A DNA stretch of 64,000 nucleotides from Candidatus Omnitrophota bacterium (GCA_037146775.1 JBAWWL010000002.1:134554-198553); one strand, 5' to 3'. Counted from the first letter of the stretch, positions 10,617 to 20,016 are shown. The notes: generated by a model from the sequence alone, not told the origin. Numbers and translations: made by a program.

Positions 10617-11432
10617 GTGCATAGAGAATTTTGTATATTGCTTTTAACTCTAGTTTTTTCCGGTTGCGCCACAACAACTACTTACTTAAATACTTCAAAG
10701 AATAGCGATGAAATCAGTAAGGATAGGGCAGCCTGTGAGGCTGAGGTGAATACCTCTGATTTTACAGACCCTGGCTTAAAGCAGAATAAATTCAACCAGT
10801 GTATGAAGGATAAGGGATATAATGTTGTTTCAGAGGCCCAGGCCGAGAAGATTCAGGGGTTCAAACAGCTTTGGGTAAAGCCGCAAGCAGAGTTTAAGGC
10901 GTACGAAGCGATTTTTATTGATAAGGTGGATGTAAGCCAGGCAAAAGCCAATAATAAGCAGAAGGTAACTGATCAGGACATAGATAATCTCGGCGAGCAG
11001 ATGCTACAGCGTTTTTCCAAAACTTTGAATGATGTGGTGTCGGTTATTTCGGATAAGGAACAAGCCGCGGGCAAAAAGATTCTTTATCTTAGCTTAAAAC
11101 TGAATAATATTTCTCAAACTGATGTGGGTGCGAATGTGGCGCTAAAGGCAGTAGGTTTTCTTTTGCCAGTACCTGCACCTTTACCTGGCGCACCGGAGGG
11201 AGCATTTTCTTTTGAAGGAACAATCATGGATTCCTCTGGCAGAGAAAAATTGATTACTGTCTCGGATGAAGTGAAATCGGATAAAAACTCTTCTCTTATG
11301 GGAGGGGATAAATTTTCACCCTGGCAGAGAGCGTATAATATTATGGATTACTGGGCAGATCGTTTAGCAGCGTTGCTCGCTAAAGAGCGCGGACAAGAAT
11401 ACAAATCCCGGTTGGGATTCAAACTATTTTAA
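10617..11432 (+). CDS. lipoprotein, DUF3313-like
   Basis: GTG after GAGGAGG RBS; lipobox FSGC; C-terminal WADRLA. Confidence 0.7.
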   Translation: MHREFCILLLTLVFSGCATTTTYLNTSKNSDEISKDRAACEAEVNTSDFTDPGLKQNKFNQCMKDKGYNVVSEAQAEKIQGFKQLWVKPQAEFKAYEAIFIDKVDVSQAKANNKQKVTDQDIDNLGEQMLQRFSKTLNDVVSVISDKEQAAGKKILYLSLKLNNISQTDVGANVALKAVGFLLPVPAPLPGAPEGAFSFEGTIMDSSGREKLITVSDEVKSDKNSSLMGGDKFSPWQRAYNIMDYWADRLAALLAKERGQEYKSRLGFKLF

Positions 11433-11600
11433 TCGATACGCAGACACTTTCGTCTCTTAGCCCGAAAGTGAATGCGAATCGATTATCCCGCCGGAGTCAT
11501 GGTAAATTTCATGCCCGCGGAGCGGGCAAGGAAATTTACCATGTATATAGCGAAGGCGGGGTTATAAAGAAACCACGGACTTTAGCCCGTGGAGGTTCAT
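11431..11600 (+). mobile_element. non-autonomous IS200/IS605-like mini element (PATE-like)
   Basis: Left hairpin CACTTTCG..TTAGCCCGAAAGTGAATGCG; right hairpin CCACGGACTTTAGCCCGTGGAGGTTCAT; no ORF between. Confidence 0.65.
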
Positions 11601-11630
11601 TCGTTTGTCGGTGGCTGGAGGTAGACGGTA

Positions 11631-12224
11631 ATGTTGTATGAAGTGCCGCCTGATAGAATTAATGAGATGGCTGATGTATCCGCAGAGGCATTCATCGAGA
11701 ACAACGATCCCATCGGAAACTTTATGTTCCAGAACGAGCCAAACCATTCCGTTCTAAAAAAGCGATTCTTCCGTTCACTGGTGACTTCCTGTTCCCCCAG
11801 GGCCGTAAGGCAGGGGATATCCCCTAACTTAGAGGCAGTTAGTATTTGGTTCCCACCCGGTATAGGACACGTAGAAGACGTAGATACTGATCCTTTCAAT
11901 GCGCAAGATTTCTCGAACCCTGAGACTTTTGAAAAGATGCGGGTGGTAAACGAGGTTATCGCCGCACTGACTGCGCATCTTGGCCAAGAGCCGCAGTGGT
12001 ACTTGCATCTGGTAGCTGTTCGGCCGCAGTTTAATGGCCAGGGGTATTCTTCGCGTTTGATCCGGCCGATGCTGGCCCGGGCTGAGAGCGAAGGTTTTCC
12101 CTGTACCCTGATAACCCAGAGCATAGAGAACGTCAGAAAATACGAACATTGGGGTTTTGGTGTGGTGAAGGAGATGCCTGTGCCCTGTTCACGGGAGAAG
12201 TTCTATTCTATGCGCAAGGCCTGA
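11631..12224 (+). CDS. GNAT N-acetyltransferase
   Basis: WYLHLVAVRPQFNGQGYS and NVRKYEHWGF motifs. Confidence 0.92.
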   Translation: MLYEVPPDRINEMADVSAEAFIENNDPIGNFMFQNEPNHSVLKKRFFRSLVTSCSPRAVRQGISPNLEAVSIWFPPGIGHVEDVDTDPFNAQDFSNPETFEKMRVVNEVIAALTAHLGQEPQWYLHLVAVRPQFNGQGYSSRLIRPMLARAESEGFPCTLITQSIENVRKYEHWGFGVVKEMPVPCSREKFYSMRKA

Positions 12225-12242
12225 AGCATCTTTGTTGCGCAG

Positions 12243-12310
12243 CTTTCTTAAAAGGTAGAATATTCTTGATGTAGCGAGGTGTTGAGTCTATAATTGACCC
12301 GTGTAAATAG
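12243..12310 (+). promoter_or_regulatory. repeated promoter module, copy D (3'-truncated)
   Basis: TTTCTTAA..ATATTCTTGATG(12266)-N17-TATAATTGACC. Confidence 0.7.
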
Positions 12311-12348
12311 CGATTCTATTATCAGTTCGTAGAAGAAGGGCTTGTGCT

Positions 12349-13803
12349 ATGGAAATGCGTAATCAAAAGAATACCGAAGAGAAATACCGTGAGCTGGTCG
12401 AAAACGCCAATAGTATAATTCTGCGCATGGATACGGCCGGTAAGGTCATCTTTCTTAATGAATTTGGCCAAAATTTCTTCGGCTACAAAGAAAAAGATAT
12501 CCTGGGTAAGAGCGTCATCGGCACAATAGTTCCTTCTACCGACATCTCGGGACAGAGCCTTGAGGCGATGGTCAAAGATATAATGGATAATCCTCAGAAG
12601 TATATCAATAATGAGAATGAGAACGTAACGCGTAACAGTGTCCACGTATGGGTATCCTGGACCAACAAACCGATCTTTGATGAAGGTGGCGTCCTCAAGG
12701 AAGTCCTGTGTATAGGCAATGATATTACGGCCCTTAAAAATACGCAGGCTGCTCTGGTCAAGGCGAAAGAATTAGCCGAGTCAGCAAGTATGTCCGGGAC
12801 GGTTATTTGCGAGCCGGACTGGAAGATAAGGCACATGAATGCAGCCGCAAAAAGGTATTTTGATATAGACGGTGATTTCGATAGGGCTGATGACTTTTTG
12901 TGCGTAATGTTAAAAAAATATGAGGCGTCTATCGCCAAAGACCAGATAATTGACCCTTTACTGCCTTACAAAACATTTGATCTTATCCGTCCGGAGACGG
13001 AAAATATCAAGGCGTTATATTTGCAGGTAAACATGGAAGTATTACGAAATCCCCAGCATGAAGTGTCAAGCATCGTTATGGTTATGCAGAATGTCACTGA
13101 TGCGCGGCTAGAAGAGTTGATGAAGCAGGATTTTATGGGCCTGGTATCCCATAAATTACGCACCCCGCTTTCCGCTATTCTCGGAAATGCCAGCATACTT
13201 CAACAAGAAAACAATGTCAGCCAACTTAACGATAAACAGAAAAGATTAATAGATTCTATCAGCCGCAATGCGTATTCGCTTTCGCATTTGATCGACAAGT
13301 TGCTTAAATTTACCGAGATGAATAAAGTAGGGCCGGATCAAAACAAAGAAGGGGTGGATCTCTGTGAATTCCTGCCATCCCTGGCTGCAGCTGTTATCAA
13401 TGAGGCCAAGGACAAAAAAATAGAATTTCAATTCGATTGCCTTAAGAAAGATTCCAAGATAAATATAAATAAGGAATCACTGGACATTATCATTACTAAT
13501 TTAATAGAAAATGCCGTCAAATTTAACGATAATCAGATTGTTAGGATAAACATTTCAGTGAAAGAATCCGGTGAATATCTTGAGATCTCAATTTTAGATA
13601 ACGGCGTCGGTATACCACCAGAAAACGTAGATAAAGTGCTGAACGGATTTTATCAGGTCGAAAAATATTTTACGGGCAACGTAGCCGGCGTGGGGTTAGG
13701 GCTTTTATTGGTGAAAAGATTTGTAAATGCCAATGGCGGCACGTTAGATTTGAAGTCGGAGATAGGCAAGGGCACCTCATTCATCATTAAACTTCCCCGG
13801 TAA
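12349..13803 (+). CDS. PAS-domain sensor histidine kinase (orphan)
   Basis: PAS/PAC, H-box SHKLRTPL, N-box NLIENAVKF, G-boxes DNGVGI and GVGLGL. Confidence 0.95.
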   Translation: MEMRNQKNTEEKYRELVENANSIILRMDTAGKVIFLNEFGQNFFGYKEKDILGKSVIGTIVPSTDISGQSLEAMVKDIMDNPQKYINNENENVTRNSVHVWVSWTNKPIFDEGGVLKEVLCIGNDITALKNTQAALVKAKELAESASMSGTVICEPDWKIRHMNAAAKRYFDIDGDFDRADDFLCVMLKKYEASIAKDQIIDPLLPYKTFDLIRPETENIKALYLQVNMEVLRNPQHEVSSIVMVMQNVTDARLEELMKQDFMGLVSHKLRTPLSAILGNASILQQENNVSQLNDKQKRLIDSISRNAYSLSHLIDKLLKFTEMNKVGPDQNKEGVDLCEFLPSLAAAVINEAKDKKIEFQFDCLKKDSKININKESLDIIITNLIENAVKFNDNQIVRINISVKESGEYLEISILDNGVGIPPENVDKVLNGFYQVEKYFTGNVAGVGLGLLLVKRFVNANGGTLDLKSEIGKGTSFIIKLPR

Positions 13804-13816
13804 ATACATTGTCTCG

Positions 13817-13875
13817 TTTTTTAAGAGATAATTTTTCTTGAGGTATATGAAAGGCCGTATAATTGGTAGATAGAA
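13817..13875 (+). promoter_or_regulatory. degenerate promoter module copy
   Basis: TTTTTTAA..TTTTCTTGAGG..TATAATTGGTAGAT; -35/-10 spacing atypical. Confidence 0.4.
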
Positions 13876-13957
13876 AATGTCAGGAGTTTATTCATAAGAG
13901 TGTGTAGCGATATTTACAGGCGGAGGATGGTATTGTCAGGATTAAAAGGAGCGTTGA

Positions 13958-14596
13958 ATGACGGATAAAAATTTAGCATCCACATGGCAGAAGTTCAAGA
14001 ATAATTTTCCCTGGAAAGATATGTTTTTTGGTTTTTTAATCCCGAAGGTATTTTTTCTTTATGGCGCGCATCGCGGTATGCCTTTTCTCTGGGGGGCGAT
14101 AGCTATAGTTTGGTGCGTTGGGGTATTTTATCTGAACCAGATGAGGGCCCATAAGGTGAATTTCTTCGCTATCTTTGCCGTAATTATGATTATGGCGCGC
14201 ATAGTCGTGGTACTCGCGCAAAAAGACCCCAAGATGTATCTATACGTGTTGGCGCTGGATAATCTAGTTGTGGGGGGCATTTTCCTGACATCACTTTTGT
14301 TTAAGAGTTCACTAATGCAGATGTTTGCTGATTCTATGGATACGCAAGTATCGCAGGAGATCTTACACTCAGTGTATTATGGAAAAGCCTGGAGAATAGT
14401 TACTTTCATCTGGGCAATAGCTCACATATTGTTTGCAATAGCGCTGGTATTGTTGAAAGCCTGTAATCTAAAAATTGTAGGCCTCATTGATATGCTCGCA
14501 AATTGGCCGCTGATGATTGTTCTATTTCTTTTTACCCTTAAATTTCCCGCGTGGTATTGGAAAAAGAATTACGCCAAGATTAAGGCAGGGAAATAA
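13958..14596 (+). CDS. integral membrane protein (VC0807/septation-protein-like)
   Basis: About 6 TM helices; AWRIVTFIWA motif. Confidence 0.65.
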   Translation: MTDKNLASTWQKFKNNFPWKDMFFGFLIPKVFFLYGAHRGMPFLWGAIAIVWCVGVFYLNQMRAHKVNFFAIFAVIMIMARIVVVLAQKDPKMYLYVLALDNLVVGGIFLTSLLFKSSLMQMFADSMDTQVSQEILHSVYYGKAWRIVTFIWAIAHILFAIALVLLKACNLKIVGLIDMLANWPLMIVLFLFTLKFPAWYWKKNYAKIKAGK

Positions 14597-14632
14597 AATA
14601 TCCTGCGCTTTTAGATATTGCGCGGGCGAAAT

Positions 14633-14660
14633 ATGACGGGGTCAGGCCTTGAATGTTGAA
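14633..14660 (-). repeat. REP-like repeat, inverted copy of the 19.7-kb unit
   Basis: Reverse complement TTCAACATTCAAGGCCTGACCCCGTCAT matches 19670-19697 with one mismatch. Confidence 0.85.
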
Positions 14661-14728
14661 TCTAATTGGCACAGGGGAAGAAAAACATTATTTGTATGAT
14701 AAAGAAGTAACCAGTAAGAGGAGACGAT

Positions 14729-15481
14729 ATGATGAAGAAGTTATCGATTGTTTTTTTGGTTGTAGTAGCTGTGGTTTTTGTGGTGTTTCTTGCCAAAGAT
14801 ATCATAATCAAAGCTTCGGTTGAAAAAGTTGTGGAGACTGTTACGGGCCTTAAGCTTAATATCGGAAGCCTTCATGCCAGCATCTTTAAGTCCGTAGCCG
14901 ATATTAAAAACATCCAATTGTTTAATCCTTCCGGTTTCCCCGACAGAATCATGGTTGACATGCCTGAGATTTATGTGAGCTATGATCTTCCTGCCATTAT
15001 AAAGGGTAAGATACATCTTCGAGAAGTCCGCCTATCGCTTAAAGAGTTTGTCGTCATCAAGAATGCTCAAGGGAAGTCGAATCTCGATGTGTTCAAGCAG
15101 CCCGCGCAGGCGCAGAAAGAAGATGAATCAAAATCTCAAAAAACACCAGGCAAAGCCCCGGAGATAAAAATAGACACATTAACGCTGAATATAGCAAAGG
15201 TCATTTATAAAGATTATTCAAAAGGAAGCGTGCCGATTGTAAAAGAGTTTAACATCAATCTTAAGGAAAGTTACAGCAATATCGATAGTCCGCAAACTTT
15301 AATAAATCTGATTGTTGTAAAAGCGCTTATGAATACGTCGATAGCCTCTCTCGCGAATTTTGATCTTAAAGGGTTACAGGGCATGATAGGCGGAGTTCGC
15401 CCTGATGCGCAAAAGACCGGCACCCAGGCCATGGATAAGGTAAAAGGATTGCTTAAGAATATTTTTGGCTCCGGTAAATAG
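14729..15481 (+). CDS. AsmA-family protein
   Basis: N-terminal anchor; NPSGF..MPEIYV..GKIHLREVRL..GKSNL. Confidence 0.8.
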   Translation: MMKKLSIVFLVVVAVVFVVFLAKDIIIKASVEKVVETVTGLKLNIGSLHASIFKSVADIKNIQLFNPSGFPDRIMVDMPEIYVSYDLPAIIKGKIHLREVRLSLKEFVVIKNAQGKSNLDVFKQPAQAQKEDESKSQKTPGKAPEIKIDTLTLNIAKVIYKDYSKGSVPIVKEFNINLKESYSNIDSPQTLINLIVVKALMNTSIASLANFDLKGLQGMIGGVRPDAQKTGTQAMDKVKGLLKNIFGSGK

Positions 15482-15489
15482 TTATTCAT

Positions 15490-15595
15490 CGGCAATGGTA
15501 AAGAGGAGGAAGGTGTAAGGAAATTGCCTGTTTGGCTTACCCTTGTTTTGGCTATATTTATTATTGTTACAATATATGTCATCATTATTCAGTAA
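15490..15595 (+). pseudogene. 3' remnant of a DUF4239-like membrane gene, copy 1
   Basis: LTLVLAIFIIVTIYVII-IQ*; matches 19780-19921 except for a 90-bp in-frame deletion. Confidence 0.65.
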
Positions 15596-15690
15596 AATTA
15601 GCTGCCAGTCTAAAACAACCAGCCGATTTTTAGGGGAAAAAAGAATCGAATGTCGCTATTTTTACCAGTCCAGTAATCCGCCAGAAAATC

Positions 15691-15780
15691 TCTTTCTAAA
15701 CCAAAAACGTTATTGATATATTAAGCGATTATATCTATAATTAAACCATACAGATAAGAGAAGGTTATTCTTTAGTTTGT
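15691..15780 (+). promoter_or_regulatory. repeated promoter module, copy E
   Basis: TCTTTCTAA; TTGATA(15713)-N17-TATAAT(15736); AGAAGGTTATTCTTTAG. Confidence 0.75.
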
Positions 15781-15826
15781 AGTGGAGCCGCAATAAGTTA
15801 TTTCTTTACGGCGAAGGATCATTTTT

Positions 15827-16042
15827 ATGAATAATGAAGAACTTTTAGATAAATTAAACCGGGCGTATGTAATGGAAGAGGAAATGGCGAGCATGCTTAT
15901 CGATCTTTGTCGTCCTAAACATTTACCCGATGATTTGCCTAAAGAGGCGCGTAAACGCATAGAGGATGTCCTTATTAGCATTAAAGTGGATACATTACGC
16001 CACAAGAAAATAGTATCAAAAATGAGAGGAACTTTAGTATGA
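15827..16042 (+). CDS. small ferritin-like (half four-helix bundle) protein
   Basis: AYVMEEE..DTLRH, a degenerate ExxH; coupled to next gene by ATGA. Confidence 0.6.
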   Translation: MNNEELLDKLNRAYVMEEEMASMLIDLCRPKHLPDDLPKEARKRIEDVLISIKVDTLRHKKIVSKMRGTLV

Positions 16043-16236
16043 CTATGGAACGAAAAACTCTAGTAGCAAGATTGCGGCAGATTCAGGCAGCAGATCGAAA
16101 TGCTCTTGCCATATATACAGAATTATCCAGATCAATCAAAGACGATATTCAGCGTAAAATTTTTTTTGAGATAGCTGAAGATGAAAAGCGTCATGTGGCT
16201 TTAGGCAAGGAGATGTTATCTTTGCTAGAGGGGTAA
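16039..16236 (+). CDS. small rubrerythrin/ferritin-like protein
   Basis: AIYTEL..FFEIAEDEKRH (ExxH). Confidence 0.75.
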   Translation: MTMERKTLVARLRQIQAADRNALAIYTELSRSIKDDIQRKIFFEIAEDEKRHVALGKEMLSLLEG

Positions 16237-16239
16237 AGG

Positions 16240-17580
16240 TTGGATAAGAAAAAACGGTCGATAGAATGGAGCAAGATTTTTGAGATCTTGCTTATTTTTT
16301 TGTTAATACCGACAATTATTTTTTATATCATAGGTTTACGCTGGCCGGCTTTCTTGAATTACGCCTATTATTTTCTGGTATGGTTATTCATATCTCAGGC
16401 CGGATTGTCGTATATGTATTCGATTACTGCTTTTGGCAGAAGCAAATTCAGAGAATTATCCACCGCGAAGCATATTCCCTTGCCAAAAAGCACTTTTATC
16501 GTTAGCGCGTATCTTCCAAACGAGCTTGAGGTCATCGAGGATACACTTTTAAATATTTTAGAGCGCATCCAGCGGCCAGAAGCTGGGATCGAGCTGATCC
16601 TTGCCTATAATACCCCGCACATGGAAGGGATAGAGCCGCGTTTACGTGAGCTTGCCTATAAGTGGCCGGAACTCATACTGGCAAATGCTTACGGTTCAAG
16701 AAGTAAAAGTGAGAATTTAAATTATGCCCTTGAGATCGCAAGTGGAGAGATGATCGTATTGCTTGATGCAGATCATCTGGTAGCCGCTGATTGCTTGAAG
16801 CTTGCCTGGCGCTGGCTGGATGAAGGTTATAATGTGGTACAGGGCAGGTGTAAAATTCGTAATGGCAAGAGAAGTCTGGTATCCGCGTTGGTTGAGGTTG
16901 AATTTGAGGCTATTTATGGTATTAGCCATTATGCCAAGTCAAAGTTATTTGATTCTACACTTTTTGGCGGAACAAACGGTTATTGGCGCAGTTCGGTTAT
17001 TAAAAAAATAAAGTTTGACCCTGGCAGGCTCACCGAAGACATTGATGCGACCTTGCGTGCTATATTACAGGGAAACCATATTGTTCATGACCGTACCATT
17101 ATTTCTACGGAGCTGGCTCCTGAGACTATGGCTGGCCTCTGGTTTCAGAGGAAGCGCTGGTCTCAAGGTTGGTTTCAGTGTTCGCTGAAATATCAGATGA
17201 GTATTTTAAGGTGTAAATTCCTTAATATTCTCCAAAAGTTCATGTGGACCACACTTTTGATGTGGCGTGTAGTCTATGATATTTTAAGCCACCTTCTTTT
17301 TCCTGTAGTATTTGCGTTCTGGTTGACAAGGGGTAAAATAGAATTTCCGATGAATAACTTTATTTGGTTTGCTTTATTCTTTGTGATGCTTAGCGGCCCA
17401 TTTGAAGCTTTGGTTGCGTATAAAAATGCATCTTCTCCCAGAGCGCCCGTCTGGCAGTATATTTACTACGCATTTTTTGCTTTCTGGTACACCTTATTCA
17501 AGAACACCATACAGGTGGTTGCTATCAGGGATGAACTCCTGGGCAAGCGCGAGTGGGTAGTTTCGCAGAGAAAAAAATGA
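16240..17580 (+). CDS. processive GT2 glycosyltransferase (cellulose synthase/PgaC-like)
   Basis: KSENLN, DADH, LTED and QRKRW motifs plus TM helices. Confidence 0.93.
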   Translation: MDKKKRSIEWSKIFEILLIFLLIPTIIFYIIGLRWPAFLNYAYYFLVWLFISQAGLSYMYSITAFGRSKFRELSTAKHIPLPKSTFIVSAYLPNELEVIEDTLLNILERIQRPEAGIELILAYNTPHMEGIEPRLRELAYKWPELILANAYGSRSKSENLNYALEIASGEMIVLLDADHLVAADCLKLAWRWLDEGYNVVQGRCKIRNGKRSLVSALVEVEFEAIYGISHYAKSKLFDSTLFGGTNGYWRSSVIKKIKFDPGRLTEDIDATLRAILQGNHIVHDRTIISTELAPETMAGLWFQRKRWSQGWFQCSLKYQMSILRCKFLNILQKFMWTTLLMWRVVYDILSHLLFPVVFAFWLTRGKIEFPMNNFIWFALFFVMLSGPFEALVAYKNASSPRAPVWQYIYYAFFAFWYTLFKNTIQVVAIRDELLGKREWVVSQRKK

Positions 17581-19364
17581 TGCATAGAAGCAAACAATTT
17601 ATTTTTGTATTTTTTATTAGCTTATTTTTTGTAGCCAGCGTGTTTGGCGAAGATGATTTTAATAATGAATTAAGCAAAGCGCGGTCTCTTGTAGAGCAAA
17701 AATCGTATAGCGAGGCGCTTAAAATATACTCAAGCATCAGTGAAGGGTTGCGTAAAGATCCAGGGCTTATAATAGAGTGGGCGCGTGTTCATACTTATGC
17801 CGACAACCACGAGGAAGCAATAAAACTTTTTGAAGAGGTGCGTTCGGCTCATCCAGAGCGTTCCCCTGAGGTACTAAGAGAGCTGGCGGATCAGTATAAG
17901 TGGAGCAGTAAAACATCGCAGGCAATAAAAGTATACAAAGAAGCCCTTGCTTTGAATGCTGAAAATTTGCAGGTGTATTTAGGGTTGGCCGAAGCGCATT
18001 TCTGGAACGACCAAAGAAATGAAGCCCTGCAAATATATGACGAAGCGCTTAAGCGCTGGCCGGACAATACGGATGCACTTCTTGGCAAGGCTAATATCTT
18101 GAGCTTTCAGGATAAGCTTGAGGAGTCTTATGCGTTATACCAGAAGGTTCTGGATAAAGATCCCGGTAATTTAAATGCGTTGAATTCTCAAGCCAGGATT
18201 TTAGTCTGGCAGGGGTATCATCGAAAAGGCATCAGCCGCTACGAAAAAATATTACAACGTTATCCCAAGAATCCGGATGCCATAGAGGGCATGGCTTTTG
18301 CCTTACATTGGTTAGGTGACGACACGAATGCGGTTAGACGGATAGAAGAGCTTCTTGAGTTTGAACCTAACCGCAAAGAGGCGCAGGATCTATATTCCCA
18401 GATTAAAGATTCGCAACATCTTTTTGCCAGGCCATACAGCCGTTTCATGCGCGACTCTACGCCTCAGACAGTTGCTACCGGAGGATTGCGTTCAGGGTTA
18501 CGTTTGAATCGTTCTACTTCCATTGATGGAATATATGAGCATCAGGTCTTACGTAAAAAAGGCGCGCATGAACCGACCCTGTCCGCTAATCGCGAGGGAA
18601 TAGGTTTAAGTAAGAATTTCGGAAATACCTACGAATTCAATACGTTTTTGTACGCCGCGCATTTTAATAAGATTGATTTTAATCCCTTTACTACCAATAC
18701 CTGGCTCACTTACAAACCCGATGACTACTGGCGTTTCGATCTTGCCTACGATCGGGAAACATTTGAAGACAACGACGCACTTTTTTATAAAGTTATTACC
18801 AATAGCCCGTCATTGTCCATAGATTTCAAGCTAAATCGTTTCTGGTTTTTTAATGTAAAATATAAACGAAGCTATTTCAGCGATGATAACCGGCAGAATC
18901 AGATTTTTAGCAGAATTGAATACCGCTTTTCGCAAAAGCCCTACATCAAGCTTTATTATAACTACTATGATTCTACTTGGGGAGAGCCGGAAATAAGTCA
19001 CGGTTACTTTGATCCCCGGTCTCTTCGTTCGCACGCTTTAGGTGTTTATACGGGTATAGATTTTACCAAAAAGTTATTTCTTGAAGCCAAGACCTCCGGG
19101 GGTTATGAATTCCAGCGTAAGCCCGACAATGCGCATAAGAAATCAGATCATCCTACCTATTCTGCCGCGGCCAGCCTTAATTATCGCTTAACCGATAATT
19201 GGCTGCTTTCTGCTTCCGGAGACTTTTTTACTACCTGGCCGGATCATGGCCAGCGTTCCTACCAGAAAAGAGGTGCTTACTTAAGTGTTACCTATAACTT
19301 TGGTGCTAACCCTGCCACATTGCGTGATGCAACCAGGCCATCCCGCACTACCGGGGCTAATTAG
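17577..19364 (+). CDS. TPR + C-terminal beta-barrel export protein (PgaA/BcsC-like)
   Basis: Signal peptide, many TPRs, barrel region with GYFDP; ATGA overlap with the GT2 gene. Confidence 0.8.
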   Translation: MMHRSKQFIFVFFISLFFVASVFGEDDFNNELSKARSLVEQKSYSEALKIYSSISEGLRKDPGLIIEWARVHTYADNHEEAIKLFEEVRSAHPERSPEVLRELADQYKWSSKTSQAIKVYKEALALNAENLQVYLGLAEAHFWNDQRNEALQIYDEALKRWPDNTDALLGKANILSFQDKLEESYALYQKVLDKDPGNLNALNSQARILVWQGYHRKGISRYEKILQRYPKNPDAIEGMAFALHWLGDDTNAVRRIEELLEFEPNRKEAQDLYSQIKDSQHLFARPYSRFMRDSTPQTVATGGLRSGLRLNRSTSIDGIYEHQVLRKKGAHEPTLSANREGIGLSKNFGNTYEFNTFLYAAHFNKIDFNPFTTNTWLTYKPDDYWRFDLAYDRETFEDNDALFYKVITNSPSLSIDFKLNRFWFFNVKYKRSYFSDDNRQNQIFSRIEYRFSQKPYIKLYYNYYDSTWGEPEISHGYFDPRSLRSHALGVYTGIDFTKKLFLEAKTSGGYEFQRKPDNAHKKSDHPTYSAAASLNYRLTDNWLLSASGDFFTTWPDHGQRSYQKRGAYLSVTYNFGANPATLRDATRPSRTTGAN

Positions 19365-19403
19365 AATTTTTAGCTTTTATGGCGCAATAGCTTACCACGG
19401 GAT

Positions 19404-19475
19404 CTCTTTCTAAGCCCAAAATATTCTTGATATGCAAAAGTACTAAGGCTATAATTGATTTCCATATATGGATAT
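19404..19475 (+). promoter_or_regulatory. repeated promoter module, copy F (interrupted by REP/RAYT remnant)
   Basis: TCTTTCTAAGCCCAAAATATTCTTGATA(19427)-N17-TATAATTGA(19450). Confidence 0.75.
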
Positions 19476-19514
19476 TATATTTGCAAATATAACGGGGCCA
19501 GTCTGACCCCTGTT

Positions 19515-19688
19515 ATGGTGCACTTAATCAAAAGACATACTAACCTTACCAATAATCAGATTGGCAAAATGTTTTCCATGACCTATTCGGCGGTAAGTAA
19601 ATCCGCTAAAGATATCAAGATGCTTCTCGGTAAAGATAAACAGATTAGGATGGAAGTGGAGGAGTTAATTTCAACATTCAAGGCCTGA
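19515..19688 (+). pseudogene. C-terminal HTH (DnaA-C-like) fragment of a REP-associated tyrosine transposase
   Basis: HLIKRHTNLTNNQIGKMFSMTYSAVSK..STFKA* with the stop inside CCTGACCCC; HUH domain absent. Confidence 0.65.
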
Positions 19689-19778
19689 CCCCGTTATGGT
19701 GTTAATTTCAACATTCAAGGCCTGACCCCGTTATGGTGTGAAGGCCTGACCCCGTTATGGTGTGACCCCGTTATGGTG
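19664..19778 (+). repeat. telescoping tandem REP-like repeats (37, 37, 21, ~15 bp)
   Basis: Core TGACCCCGTTATGGTG four times; a related copy at 19504-19520. Confidence 0.9.
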
Positions 19779-19779
19779 T

Positions 19780-19921
19780 TGTTTTGACTATATTTATTAT
19801 TGTCACAATATATGTCATCATTGATTTAGACAGGCCGAAGCGAGGTTTTATCAGGGCAAGTTACCAGAGTTTATTGAATGTAAGGAATAACCTTGATTTA
19901 GAATCCAACCGCATTCAGTAA
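19780..19921 (+). pseudogene. 3' remnant of a DUF4239-like membrane gene, copy 2
   Basis: FIIVTIYVIIDLDRPKRGFIRASYQSLLNVR; the IIDLDRP..G.I motif is typical of DUF4239. Confidence 0.7.
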
Positions 19922-20016
19922 AATTAGCTGCCAGTCTAAAACAACCAGCCGATTTTTAGGGGAAAAAAGAATCGATTGCCGCTATTTTTACCAGTTCAAC
20001 AATTTACCAGAAAATA

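Noticed and set aside
19664-19778. CRISPR array
   Set aside because: Repeats are adjacent with no unique spacers, they shrink in length, and there are no cas genes.
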